From positions 1-63,489 of the IMG/VR virus record IMGVR_UViG_3300050029_000088: 63,489 nucleotides of DNA. The stretch is one strand, 5' to 3'. Shown here piece by piece: positions 1-9,530 of this stretch. Within the stretch, counting starts at the first letter, position 1. Each line of letters opens with the position of its first letter. Under the pieces are notes generated by a model that was not told the DNA's origin, ran no database searches, and worked only from the letters and a program-made list of their open reading frames with translations. The DNA is from a virus. Lineage: Duplodnaviria > Caudoviricetes. The position numbers were made by a program, and so were the translations under genes.

Positions 1-74
1 CGCAGGTCTGTTCGACGACGATGGACGCTCGATGTAGATGCAGCCCTCGCCCTCGAACAGACCTGCGGCCCACT

Positions 75-1913
75 CTACTCCGAAGGAAGCCACGGGGCAT
101 CCTCCGTCTCGACATACTTAGGGTAGTCGTTTCTGTAGTGTTGGCCCCAGCGTTGCACGCAGTCGGCTTCGACTTCGAGCACGACGCCGGGGAAGTTGTC
201 GCGGTCAGGCATGACCTCCGTGATCGTCTCGACTACGGCGGCTGCCTCGGCGTTCGGTACTTGGAATAGTAGCTCATCATGCACGGCGAGCCGAAAGAAG
301 CTGCCAAGCCCGGCGTTCGAGAGTGCCACGATCCGCTCCTTGAGCGAGATGGCACACGAGCCCTGGATTCGGAAGTTCACGCCCTTGTACGCCTTCCCGG
401 CCTCGACCGGAAGCCGACGGCCGTCAACCAAGATCACGTAGCCGTTGCCGGTGCGCTTGCCTCCGGCAGACTCGATCACTTGTCGCGCGACCTCCTCCTT
501 CCATCCCTTGATGCCAGGGAACATCTCGTCATACGCATCGCGGAACTCCTGCGCGACGGCGACATCGACTCCGGCCGTGACCGCGAACTTGTCAACGCCC
601 GCGCCGTAGATGTTGGCGAAGCCGCCGTTCTTGCAGAGCGTCCGCTGAGGCTTGGTGAACCCCGAGCCGTAGAGCTTTTCGGCGGTCATATCGTGCAGGT
701 CGAGCCCGTCCAAGAACGCTTGCAGCATCGTCGGTTCCTGCGAGAACGAGGCGAGCACGCGAAGCTCCATACCCGCGAAGTCGGCCATGACGAAGCACTC
801 ACCCTCGGGTGCGACGATGGCATCCCGCACGAGCCGACCGCGCGGAAGCGTCTGCATCGGTGGGTCGGTCACGGACATCCGTCCCGTCCGGGCCTCCACC
901 GGCTTCGTGCTCGCGTGCAGGAGTCCTTCGACTGCCAGCCCGACGTACTCCCCCTTCCGATTGAACAGTTCTCCGTACCCGTTCGGCTCGCCACGCTCCC
1001 CGAACTTGTCGATGTAGTTGCGGAGGAACCGCGACTTGCTCCGGTACTCGGACAGCGGGCCGCAGACCTCGAAGCCGCGATCCGCGAGCCATGAGAGTAC
1101 GTGCTTGTCGACCGAGAGGCTACCGTGCTCCGTGCGCACCGTGAGCGGCGCGTTGATGCTGAGCAGGTACTTGACAACCTGTTGATCCGAGTCCGGCTTC
1201 TCGATAGGGATGCGCCCGCGCAGGACTTCAAGCTCGCCCATGAGCTTGATCGCGCAGCGGGATCGGTACTCCTCGTCCACACGGAGCCCGGCAATCTCGG
1301 CCTCGCGCAGACAGTGAATCACGCCGACCTCAAGTTCGTATGCCCTCTTGTTGATGTCCGGGTAGAGCTTCTCCGCGAGCGGCGAGGTCAGCGCCGTGTC
1401 GAGCGCAGCATACTGCCAGTAGCCGGGGAAGTCGAGTGGCACTGTGCCGAACGTCCAGCCCTGCTGAGACATCGCCGCCTTGAGCACGTCCTGCCCGGCG
1501 GCGGCGCGGTGATCGAGGTAGCGGACGGCGGACGGCTTGAGCCCCATCGCGACGACGGGATTGGTCAGGTGCGCCATGACCATCGAGCAGTGCGCCCACT
1601 TCTGCGGGATCACGATGCCGTCGGCCTTGAGCATCTTGGAGTCGTAGAGCAGGTTGTGCGCGACCATCGGCGCTCGGTATGTCTCGATCACTTCCTTGAC
1701 TACGCCACGCCAGTCGCGGTAAGACAGCGCCCAGCCGTGGGTCGAGTCTCCGAACTGCACCATGCGGATACGGTCGCACCCGACGTTGAGCCCGGTCGTC
1801 TCGCAGTCGACCGCGAGGAACTCCCGACGCTGGCCGAGCCACTGCATCATCGCCTCGACTTCTGCGAGCGACTCGACCAGCGTCAGGTCGACTTGTTCGA
1901 GCGGGAAGCTCAA
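75..1913 (-). CDS. polA: DNA polymerase family A with 3'-5' exonuclease domain
   Basis: ExoI DCETTG, ExoII AHNLLYD, RTGRMS, motif A DFAGMELR, motif B RTLCKNGGFANIYG, motif C VHDEL. Start set at the TTG overlapping the upstream stop; the longer N-terminus in the ORF track overlaps the ligase gene. Confidence 0.95.
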   Translation of the reverse strand: MSFPLEQVDLTLVESLAEVEAMMQWLGQRREFLAVDCETTGLNVGCDRIRMVQFGDSTHGWALSYRDWRGVVKEVIETYRAPMVAHNLLYDSKMLKADGIVIPQKWAHCSMVMAHLTNPVVAMGLKPSAVRYLDHRAAAGQDVLKAAMSQQGWTFGTVPLDFPGYWQYAALDTALTSPLAEKLYPDINKRAYELEVGVIHCLREAEIAGLRVDEEYRSRCAIKLMGELEVLRGRIPIEKPDSDQQVVKYLLSINAPLTVRTEHGSLSVDKHVLSWLADRGFEVCGPLSEYRSKSRFLRNYIDKFGERGEPNGYGELFNRKGEYVGLAVEGLLHASTKPVEARTGRMSVTDPPMQTLPRGRLVRDAIVAPEGECFVMADFAGMELRVLASFSQEPTMLQAFLDGLDLHDMTAEKLYGSGFTKPQRTLCKNGGFANIYGAGVDKFAVTAGVDVAVAQEFRDAYDEMFPGIKGWKEEVARQVIESAGGKRTGNGYVILVDGRRLPVEAGKAYKGVNFRIQGSCAISLKERIVALSNAGLGSFFRLAVHDELLFQVPNAEAAAVVETITEVMPDRDNFPGVVLEVEADCVQRWGQHYRNDYPKYVETEDAPWLPSE

Positions 1914-2626
1914 GCGGGGATGTCCTTGTGCTTGAGCTTGAACATGACCCGATCCCCTCGGTACGTGAACAGGTACGGATCGGTGCGGGCGACGACTCCC
2001 TCCATCTCGATGCCGTCGATGTCGCCTTCCTCGAAGGCCACCGTCGAGAGCTTCCACGAGGGCAGGGTTGCCTCGATGTACGCCGTCGTCTCGTTCTGCG
2101 CGAGCACGGGAACCGTCCTGACGCCGAGCACGGAGGCGACTACCTCCACGTCCGCCCACGTCCGCCAGAGCCGGTGCCCGAGACGGCGTTCACCGTCCTC
2201 CTCGATGATCCGGCACGTCGCCACGTCGAAGACCCGGAAGGACTTGTGCGGTGCGTACGCCCCGCCGCCCTTCTGGATTCCCGGCCCGTAGCCCTCGCCA
2301 TAGACGATCATCGCGAGCGAGCCGGGCTCGGCCTCGGGCTCGATGGACAAGAGCGCCATCGCCATATGCACGGCCCCGATATGCGGCACGGCCTCATCCG
2401 AGAAGTTCTTGGGCAGCGTGGCGGCGTCCGACCGACCGCGAGCCTCATAGAGCGGGCCGCAGCATCCCCAGTCGAGGATGAGCCGGATGTTGGTGCCGTC
2501 GATCTTCTCCAAGACGAGCCACGAGTTGACCTGCTCGAAGGCAGGGTTGCTCCTTGTGCCGGGCAGGCAGTGCTTCTTGTCCTCCTCGTTACGCACGAGG
2601 AGGTTGTATATCTTCGGGAACTCCAT
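1910..2626 (-). CDS. RNA ligase (Rnl2-like nucleotidyltransferase)
   Basis: Motif I EKIDGTN, plus YGEGYG, FRVFDV, EGVV and FKLK motifs; no OB domain. Confidence 0.8.
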   Translation of the reverse strand: MEFPKIYNLLVRNEEDKKHCLPGTRSNPAFEQVNSWLVLEKIDGTNIRLILDWGCCGPLYEARGRSDAATLPKNFSDEAVPHIGAVHMAMALLSIEPEAEPGSLAMIVYGEGYGPGIQKGGGAYAPHKSFRVFDVATCRIIEEDGERRLGHRLWRTWADVEVVASVLGVRTVPVLAQNETTAYIEATLPSWKLSTVAFEEGDIDGIEMEGVVARTDPYLFTYRGDRVMFKLKHKDIPA

Positions 2627-2754
2627 CAGGACTTCTTCTCTCCGGCGATCCCCATGACCACGAAGCCGGTGAGCGCGAGCGCCGCGAAGATGGAATCGTT
2701 GTATCCCGTGAACGCGGCCACGAGTAGCGTCGGAACGAACAGGAACAGTAGCAC
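2626..2754 (-). CDS. small membrane protein (42 aa)
   Basis: GTG start after GGAGG; hydrophobic LLFLFVPTLLVAAF; stop overlaps the next ATG. Confidence 0.55.
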   Translation of the reverse strand: MLLFLFVPTLLVAAFTGYNDSIFAALALTGFVVMGIAGEKKS

Positions 2755-2769
2755 CTATTTGACCTCCCC

Positions 2770-3327
2770 CTAGATGTTGAGTGCGTCGAGCATATCACTA
2801 ACGGCAGGAACTAGGTCGTCTAGTGAGCCGTCGTTGTAGAGCGTGGCGTCGATCAGTGCAAGGTCGGGCATCGCCTCGGACGGATGATCGTCCGTCGCGT
2901 CCATCCCGAACCGCTCGACGCGAACGGTCTTCCCCCCGAGCCCCCGGATCGCGGCAAGCTCGTTGTCAAATCTGGCATCGGTCAGCACGACGGCGGCATC
3001 GTTGGGCAGCCGCGCGATACACTCCTTGATCCAGAAGTCGTAGCCGAAGACCTCGCGGTGCGACTCCGTGCCGTACCTCTGCATGAAAGTGCGCCAGTCG
3101 AGCGCCGCGTGCGTGAACGGGCCGGACTGCACGATGATGCGGCAGTCGGAGTCATGCTTGAGCGCCTCCCACTCGGCACGCGGGATATTGAACAGAGCCG
3201 CCACAGAGTCGTAGATCAGGTCGGCAAACTTGGCCCGTTGGAAGCCGTGATGCTCGACCAGGACTGACCCGACGGCATCCTTGCCAGCGCCCTTGAAGCC
3301 GTTGAGCCCGATCAGCCTTCCTCCCAT
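2770..3327 (-). CDS. deoxynucleoside monophosphate kinase (T4 gp1-like)
   Basis: IGLNGFKGAGKD P-loop, FAD, MQRYGTE, TDARFDNE, HPSE motifs; leaderless TACAGT-N6-ATG. Confidence 0.9.
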   Translation of the reverse strand: MGGRLIGLNGFKGAGKDAVGSVLVEHHGFQRAKFADLIYDSVAALFNIPRAEWEALKHDSDCRIIVQSGPFTHAALDWRTFMQRYGTESHREVFGYDFWIKECIARLPNDAAVVLTDARFDNELAAIRGLGGKTVRVERFGMDATDDHPSEAMPDLALIDATLYNDGSLDDLVPAVSDMLDALNI

Positions 3328-3458
3328 CTACCCACTGTAGCAGGGCGGGCCGAGTTGCGCAAGAGAGTAAGCGAGGGGACGGAGCCTATAGACGGCCCGG
3401 CGCTGGGAGGAGGGTAGGCCGGTTCCCGCAAAGGAACTCGACGCCCCCTCTCGCTTAT

Positions 3459-4385
3459 CTATGCCACGGAGTCTACCACGCCGCGCCGAGCGCGGAGGGG
3501 TTCCTCCTGCGCGAGCAGGTCGAGCGCCTCGGCCCGTCGCGTCTTGATCGTGTTGGGAGACAGCGGCTTTCCCTTCGGCCCCTTGAGTACGTGAGCGATG
3601 TCCTCCGCGCTCATCGGCGGCTTGCCGGTCAGTCCGAAGCTCATCTCGATGATCCGTTGAAGCTGGCGGCTCGGCACGCGATTATCCCACTCGTCCAGCC
3701 GCGCCACGTACGCGAGCACGTAGGTCGGCGCGTCGATTCCGGCGGGCCGCGTCTCGGACGGCCCGAGGTCGGCAGGGTCTTCGGCGTGCGGGTCAGGCGT
3801 ACCGTCGAGCATCGTCTGCGTGAAGTCGTCGCCGTACATCTCGCGGTCGAGCGAGGTCACGACCTCGGCCGCGTCGAGCGCCCGCTCGATGTTCGCGAGC
3901 GAGATGTCCATATCGGCCGCGAGCGCCACGAGCGTCTGCTCGGAGTCGCGCGTCAGCGCCGCGCGAGCCTTCGCCCGTCGACCGGCGACGTGCGCCGGGA
4001 GCCGGATCGCTGAGCCCCCGCTCGTGAGCCCCCGCTGGATCGCCTGCTTGATCCATAGGGTCGCGTACGTCGAGAAGCGGATGTTGCGCTCCGGGTCGAA
4101 CTTGCGAGCGGCGCGGTCGAGCCCGAGGATGCCGTTCTGAATCACGTCCCCCATCGGCAGTCCTCGGTTGCGGTAGTACCGCGCGATGTTGCACACGAGC
4201 CGGATGTTGCAGTTGACTAGCTCGTGTCGAGCGCGGCACGAGGGGCACGTCGAGCAGGCGTGTTCGAGGTTCTTCGAGTAGACGCGGCGGGCCACGCGAC
4301 CGAGCGACTTCTCCTCCTCGGCGGAGAGCAGCCGATGGTCGGCTGCCGCATTGAGGAAGCGCACCAAACCTTCGTCATCACGCAC
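3459..4385 (-). CDS. phage sigma-70 family RNA polymerase sigma factor
   Basis: LLSAEEE (region 1.2), NIRLV..IARYY, DVIQNGILGLDRAARKFDP..RFSTYATLWIKQAI (region 2), SLD, region-4-like HTH; TATGCT-N7-GTG start. Confidence 0.92.
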   Translation of the reverse strand: MRDDEGLVRFLNAAADHRLLSAEEEKSLGRVARRVYSKNLEHACSTCPSCRARHELVNCNIRLVCNIARYYRNRGLPMGDVIQNGILGLDRAARKFDPERNIRFSTYATLWIKQAIQRGLTSGGSAIRLPAHVAGRRAKARAALTRDSEQTLVALAADMDISLANIERALDAAEVVTSLDREMYGDDFTQTMLDGTPDPHAEDPADLGPSETRPAGIDAPTYVLAYVARLDEWDNRVPSRQLQRIIEMSFGLTGKPPMSAEDIAHVLKGPKGKPLSPNTIKTRRAEALDLLAQEEPLRARRGVVDSVA

Positions 4386-4474
4386 GCCGGGAAGCATAGC
4401 ACACGGAAAATCTGCAAAGTTTTTGTGCCAAAAAACTTGCCATGCAAGAGACTAGCGTACAGCACAGAACGCAA

Positions 4475-4498
4475 AGAGGCCCGATCACTCGGGCCTCT
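4475..4498 (-). terminator. intrinsic terminator after DUF932 gene
   Basis: AGAGGCCCGA/TCGGGCCTCT 10-bp stem followed by TTT on the minus strand. Confidence 0.6.
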
Positions 4499-4555
4499 CT
4501 GCAAGTGGGGACTTTGCTCCCCGTTGCCCCCGGCCTCGGTAGCCGGGGTCTTCCC

Positions 4556-5704
4556 TCAGACCGCTACCAACCCCGCCACGTCGCGGATCAGCGGGACGAG
4601 AGCGTTCTTCGCGCGGTTCGGTGTGATCGTCCGCTTGATGTAGCTCTCGACGTTCTTCGGAGCCGCGATGTCCGACCCGCCCACGCTAGGGCGCAGGTGA
4701 TCGAGGTACTCGGTTCCGACGTTGTAGAGCCCCCAGCCCGTGAAGCGGTGGGCCTCGGGGATCGACTTCGACCGGAGCGCCGCGTAGACTGCGGCCCGCG
4801 CCGTGTCGATGTTCTTGACCTGGCGATCCGACGCCTCGCCTTCGAGCGCGAGGAGCGAGTCCGGGTACGGGATGAACCGCTCCACGAACTCCTTGCGCTG
4901 CTCGCTCGTGACCGTGATGGCCGCAAGCTCCGTCGCAAGCTCGTGGAACTCCTCGTGGGCGACGGCGATTCCCTGAATCGCCATCTTGGCGTCGTTCACT
5001 TTCTCCATCACGTTCTTCGTGTGCTTGAAGCTGTAGAGCCGACCCGACCCCTCGGCCTCGCTCTCGGCAGCGCCGCGAGTGTTGGCGCAGACGATTCGGA
5101 TGCTCGTCCCGCCGAGGTTGAGGGCACCGGCCGCGTCGTGTCGCCACGTCGCGAACAGGTACGGGTAGACCTTCGAGTTGTCTCCGTCAATCTGGAACGG
5201 AGTGTCGAGGTACGCGGTGACGAAGCACGATGCCCCGCCTTCGAGAACCCCGCCCGTCTCGTAGTTGAGCTTGAGCCCCTTGTTGATCGACTCGTCCGTG
5301 AGCATGGCGTCGAGCAAGTCCCACGGCACCGTGTTCTGGATCGGCTCGTACGTCTTGTTGACGTGCTTGATCTTCTTGCCGTGCAGTTCGCCGGGCACTC
5401 CGTCTCGCACCTGATAGATGCGAAGCCCCTTCTCCCTGTCCGAGCGCGAGTAGCTTCGGAACTCCCACTCGCCGGTCGCCTTGCCCTTCGCGTCCATCTC
5501 GGGCACGCGGCAGAACGGGCCGGTGAAGGTGTAGGGGTCAACGATGGCACCCTCGTCGCCTACGACACACTCTCGAACGTCGTAGTCGTGACCCGCTGCG
5601 ACGAACGCAATCTCGCGTCCGGGGTACTCATCGAAGACGGTCGTCTCAAGCTCGTGCCAGCTTGGCACGCGCACGACGAAGCCCATCTCGTATAGCCCTG
5701 CCAT
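4556..5704 (-). CDS. DUF932-family phage protein
   Basis: PSWH, YEPIQN, YETGGVLEGG, IRIVCANT, FKHT, TGWGLYN..EYLDH signature pattern. Confidence 0.85.
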   Translation of the reverse strand: MAGLYEMGFVVRVPSWHELETTVFDEYPGREIAFVAAGHDYDVRECVVGDEGAIVDPYTFTGPFCRVPEMDAKGKATGEWEFRSYSRSDREKGLRIYQVRDGVPGELHGKKIKHVNKTYEPIQNTVPWDLLDAMLTDESINKGLKLNYETGGVLEGGASCFVTAYLDTPFQIDGDNSKVYPYLFATWRHDAAGALNLGGTSIRIVCANTRGAAESEAEGSGRLYSFKHTKNVMEKVNDAKMAIQGIAVAHEEFHELATELAAITVTSEQRKEFVERFIPYPDSLLALEGEASDRQVKNIDTARAAVYAALRSKSIPEAHRFTGWGLYNVGTEYLDHLRPSVGGSDIAAPKNVESYIKRTITPNRAKNALVPLIRDVAGLVAV

Positions 5705-5740
5705 CTAGCTCCTCCTCCTCTCGATGTCCATGCGCTAAAC

Positions 5741-6196
5741 CTACATGAGCCACGCGGCTCTGTCAAGGGGGAACTGTGCGATATGGTCGAGCAGAGCCGG
5801 GCCGGGCTCGAACTCCTCGCCGTCGAGACGAAGCGCCGCGAACTCGCGGTGACGCTGGGCCTCGCGTGGGTAGCCGCCCGGCTCGACGGCAAGCAACACG
5901 GCCCCGAGAGCCTCGACACGGCGAATCGGGTCTTGCGACATCCCGATCTTGATGTTCTCGTTTGGTAGCCGGGCATAGTAGACCTGCGGCGACAGCTTGC
6001 CGGTGCCGTGACAGTGGGGGCACACGGGGCGAGCCTCCTCAAGAGCCGCGATGAACTCGGGCCGGTGGAACCATCGTTGTACGGTGCGTGCGGAGTGGTC
6101 AACGGCGGAGCTAAGCTCAGCGGCGCTCGTGATGCCCTCGCGGATCAGGTCGAGCGCCTTCCATCGAGCTTCTTTGGTGTAGTCGTGTCGTCGCAT
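5741..6196 (-). CDS. HTH + GIY-YIG-like (T5orf172/Mug113) protein
   Basis: N-terminal HTH (SARTVQRW), CPHC, VYYA..IKIGMSQDPIRR, E..RHREF..GEEF; TAGACT upstream. Confidence 0.75.
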   Translation of the reverse strand: MRRHDYTKEARWKALDLIREGITSAAELSSAVDHSARTVQRWFHRPEFIAALEEARPVCPHCHGTGKLSPQVYYARLPNENIKIGMSQDPIRRVEALGAVLLAVEPGGYPREAQRHREFAALRLDGEEFEPGPALLDHIAQFPLDRAAWLM

Positions 6197-6961
6197 AGCT
6201 GTCTAGTCTATCACAAGTGTCGCTCTCCTCGACAGTTTGGTCGCGCTTTCCCCAAAAGACGACACTTCAAGCTACAGCTTGAAAACGGCCCCTACGATTT
6301 CAAGGTGCAGCTTGTCACCGTACGGTGGCAAGACCGCGATGTCACCGCTCGGGGTCAGGCGTGCGCACGTCACCGGGCGGCTGTGCCGTGTGGCCGGTCG
6401 TCCCTGACCAACGGATGCAGCGGCCCTCGGGAACCTCGTGCTCGGGTGGGAGCACCGGAGCCTTGCGCCGGATGCGGTCGGCGGGGATGCGGTCAGGGGC
6501 GGGATCAGGGAAGCCGCACCCGATGAAGCGGGCTCGGCGGCTCATCGCGGGAACCACTCGACCACGAGCACGGACTGCGGGATGATCCACAGGACGCCGG
6601 GCACGAGCGACCATGCCGTGTTGTAGTCGAAGGCGAGCCACAGTGCGAGCCCGAGCAGGACAAACCACGCGAGCGCGACGGCCTTCATTCGAGGTCGCTC
6701 ACCATGCAGTCGACCGAGCAGTAGGCCACGTCGCGACCGTCCGGCGGAAGGCAGGCGACGATCCACCCCGCCTCGAACTCGTCGCCGGGCTCATCGAAGA
6801 CGGCCTCGGCCTCGCACCAATCGCACTCGATGTGGATTTCGGAGACGGCCACTACTCCTCCTCCTCATCCTCCTCTAGCGTCGTAGGCGGCGCGGGCCTC
6901 CGCAGAGAGCAGAATGGGCACGAGCATCCCTCGACGGGCGGGCCTTTGCCGGGACAGAGGA

Positions 6962-7402
6962 TCATTCACCGAACCGGATACGGAGCGCCTGCCGGATGAT
7001 CGCGTCCGACTTGATGTACCGCTCGCGCAGAGACTCGGCCCCCTCGGCTGGCATGAGGTTGTCTGCCAAGTCTGCCAGCTTGACGCGGAGCGCCGTGTAG
7101 CTGCCCCCCGTCGCCGTCCGCTCGATGAACTCGTCGTAGGACTCGAACTCCCCGCGCGAGAGCGTCTGCACGTCGACTGCGACCTCCGGCCCGAACATGG
7201 CGAGCAGGGCGGTGAAGGTCAGTCCGGTTTCCTCGATCACGTCATGCAGTAGGGCGACGGTTTCGGCGTGCGGCCCGAGATGAGCCACGCGCGAGGCGAC
7301 ACGGCAGACGTGGCCGTACATGGGCGATCCGTCCTTGCGCACCTGCCCGTCGTGAACCGTCTCGGCTACGCGGCGGGCCAGTCCGGCGCGGTTATGCGTC
7401 AC
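6962..7402 (-). CDS. HD-domain RelA/SpoT-type hydrolase (small alarmone hydrolase / Mesh1-like)
   Basis: HDGQVRKDGSPMYGH..RVA, ALLHDVIEET, RVKLADLADN; stand-alone, no synthetase domain. Confidence 0.85.
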   Translation of the reverse strand: MTHNRAGLARRVAETVHDGQVRKDGSPMYGHVCRVASRVAHLGPHAETVALLHDVIEETGLTFTALLAMFGPEVAVDVQTLSRGEFESYDEFIERTATGGSYTALRVKLADLADNLMPAEGAESLRERYIKSDAIIRQALRIRFGE

Positions 7403-7635
7403 GAGCCGAACCTCGTGCGAAGCTGGATCATGCCCGTGACCGGATACACCGGGCGAAGATAGGGCGCGACGAGCCCGAGCGCGAGGGTGTCATCGGCGGC
7501 ACGCTTCTCGGCCTCGCGCCAGAGCGCCTGCATCTCCTTGATGAGCGCCGCGTGCAGCCGCTCGACGGCCTCGGGATGCCCGTCGACCTCGAACGTGAAG
7601 CCGGTCAGTTCGGCTTCTCCGTTCACCATAGCCAC
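7399..7635 (-). CDS. hypothetical protein
   Basis: Coupled ORF with phage-like codon usage. Confidence 0.6.
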   Translation of the reverse strand: MAMVNGEAELTGFTFEVDGHPEAVERLHAALIKEMQALWREAEKRAADDTLALGLVAPYLRPVYPVTGMIQLRTRFGS

Positions 7636-8270
7636 CGGAAGAAGGCGCGAATCTTGCCGACCGGCGGGCCGGGCTCCAAGCCTGGTAGGTCGAGCATCGG
7701 GATGTCCTTGAGCACGAGCATCGGCTGCGCCGCACGCTCGGCGGCGTAAAGCTCCGCGTCCGGGCCGGGCGGGATCAGCGCACGCAGGTCGCGGATCGTG
7801 GTCGCGATCACGGTGAGCATTTCGTCAATCTGCTCGCGGTCTTGCAGGCGGGCCGTCTCCTCCGCCGCGAGCGACTCGGTAAGCTCCACGATCCGACTGG
7901 CGTGCTCTGTGCTCCATTGGAGCAACTCTGCTACCTCAGCGCGAAGCTGCGTGATCCCGGCGCTTGATCGCTTCGGCTTCGGGTCGGAAGATGGCTCGGT
8001 CAACGGCTCGGGCGCGGGGGGCGCAGACTCAGCCTCGACGCGCATGGTGTCCTCGGCCTTCGCCTCGGCCTCCCACTCCTCAAGCCCCTCGGCCCGGTAC
8101 TCGGCCACGAGCACGTCGAAGCGGTCGGCAAGCTCGCGCGGACTCTGGCCCGGACGTGCGGCGGAAGTCGAGATGGTGGACACGTCGACCGTCTCGCCCC
8201 CGCGCATGGAGCCCCGCGACCGCGCGATTGCGGCGGTGAGGTCTTCACTCCTTGCGTCTACTCCTGCCAC
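7623..8270 (-). CDS. hypothetical coiled-coil protein
   Basis: E/A-rich helical ORF within the operon. Confidence 0.65.
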   Translation of the reverse strand: MAGVDARSEDLTAAIARSRGSMRGGETVDVSTISTSAARPGQSPRELADRFDVLVAEYRAEGLEEWEAEAKAEDTMRVEAESAPPAPEPLTEPSSDPKPKRSSAGITQLRAEVAELLQWSTEHASRIVELTESLAAEETARLQDREQIDEMLTVIATTIRDLRALIPPGPDAELYAAERAAQPMLVLKDIPMLDLPGLEPGPPVGKIRAFFRWLW

Positions 8271-8455
8271 TCGTCCTCCTCCTCGGGCGTTAGCTCACGT
8301 TGTCTCCTGAGAGTAGCAGCTACTCGGCAAGTCCGCAAGGAACCGTCCACGTTCTCGACCGCGACGTAGCCCGGCGGGCACCACTCGGGCGTGCCGGTGA
8401 CGTGAAGCGTCCCGTCCTCGCCCTCGAACTCGTAGCCGATAAGGTCACTATTCAA
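8258..8455 (-). CDS. hypothetical protein
   Basis: TTG start overlapping the LAGLIDADG stop; GC3-rich codons. Confidence 0.5.
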   Translation of the reverse strand: MNSDLIGYEFEGEDGTLHVTGTPEWCPPGYVAVENVDGSLRTCRVAATLRRQRELTPEEEDEWQE

Positions 8456-8885
8456 GAGGCTGTGACCTCCCCACAAGCTCAACGAGAAGGCGATTCCGGG
8501 CTGCCGTCTCAGTCTTCGTATAGCCCGATGGCTTCCCTTTACGACCTCGCTCATGTGTCAGATTGGCTAGTTCAAGAATCTTGAGGGCACGCGATGTCTT
8601 GAGAGTCAGGTAGGGAAGAAGAAGCGGGATAGTGGTGCGGCAAGCAATACCGCCGTTGATACTCCACGCCCAAACTATGCTTCCTGACGATGAGCGCGTC
8701 TTGCACTCGCGCAGAGAGCCTCCGAGCACTCGTTGAAGCTTGCGAAGTGGAATCGGGCTCGTCTGCTGAGCCGAAACGGAAACCTGAACTCGACGTTTTG
8801 TGATGCTGACCGTAAAGCACCCCTCCCCGTCTAGGAACCCGGCGCACCATGCAAGATCAACTTTAGACCGGCGATAAAGTCTCAT
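8448..8885 (-). CDS. free-standing LAGLIDADG homing endonuclease
   Basis: DLAWCAGFLDGEGC motif, LLLPYLTLK; lower GC than neighbours. Confidence 0.88.
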   Translation of the reverse strand: MRLYRRSKVDLAWCAGFLDGEGCFTVSITKRRVQVSVSAQQTSPIPLRKLQRVLGGSLRECKTRSSSGSIVWAWSINGGIACRTTIPLLLPYLTLKTSRALKILELANLTHERGRKGKPSGYTKTETAARNRLLVELVGRSQPLE

Positions 8886-9112
8886 CGGGAATCTTTCTCT
8901 TTTGGCCTCGGAGCGCCAGTTCTAGCTCTCGGTTCATTCCTCCCCCTCCGGTTTCGATGACTTTCTCAAGCATAGCACTCATCGGCCCGCCGTTGAGATG
9001 ATCGCCGTCGCGTGCTGGATCATGGCGACGTAGGGAGCGAGCAGGTGAGGAACGCCCACCTTCGCGGCGGCAACTGCCGCCGCCGTGATGAACCCGTAGG
9101 AGATAGCGTTGG

Positions 9113-9325
9113 TCATGCCACCTGCCGACGGCGCTTCGCAGCTTCCCTAACCCAGCCGGACTGACCTCGCGGCCCGTGAGGGGCAGCAGCCTTCTCGTTC
9201 GAGCACCCGTGGAACGCCCGGCAGCACACGCCCGAGCAGAACGGGTCTTTGATGCACGACTCGGGACGCGGCCCCCTGCACTGCGAGCAGAGCCCGTCCC
9301 GCCGGAGCCGAGGATCAGTCCTCAC
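9113..9325 (-). CDS. small Cys-rich (zinc-finger-like) protein
   Basis: CSQC...DPFCSGVCC motif. Confidence 0.55.
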   Translation of the reverse strand: MRTDPRLRRDGLCSQCRGPRPESCIKDPFCSGVCCRAFHGCSNEKAAAPHGPRGQSGWVREAAKRRRQVA

Positions 9326-9530
9326 GGAGCGCCGCCTCGGTCGCGGCGGCGCAGGCCCGCATGTGAGACGCCGTTGCCGCGTGGCGAAGCCGATCCTGTA
9401 GCGCGGCCAGCCTCATCTTCTCCTCGGCCGTCGTGTCGGCGTACGCTTCGAGCGCCGATACCGCCGTGATGAGGTCGAGGATTTCCCCGTGGCGGAGGGG
9501 GACGTTCACGTTGTCGGCTCCGGCCCTCAT
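9315..9530 (-). CDS. hypothetical protein
   Basis: Coupled ORF. Confidence 0.5.
   Translation of the reverse strand: MRAGADNVNVPLRHGEILDLITAVSALEAYADTTAEEKMRLAALQDRLRHAATASHMRACAAATEAALRED

Noticed and set aside
1914-2159. N-terminal extension of the DNA polymerase in the ORF track
   Set aside because: It overlaps the RNA ligase in another frame; a TTG overlapping the ligase stop is the better start.
8448-8885. Intron or intein around the LAGLIDADG gene
   Set aside because: Flanking ORFs overlap it directly, leaving no room for ribozyme structure; no intein C/HN termini.
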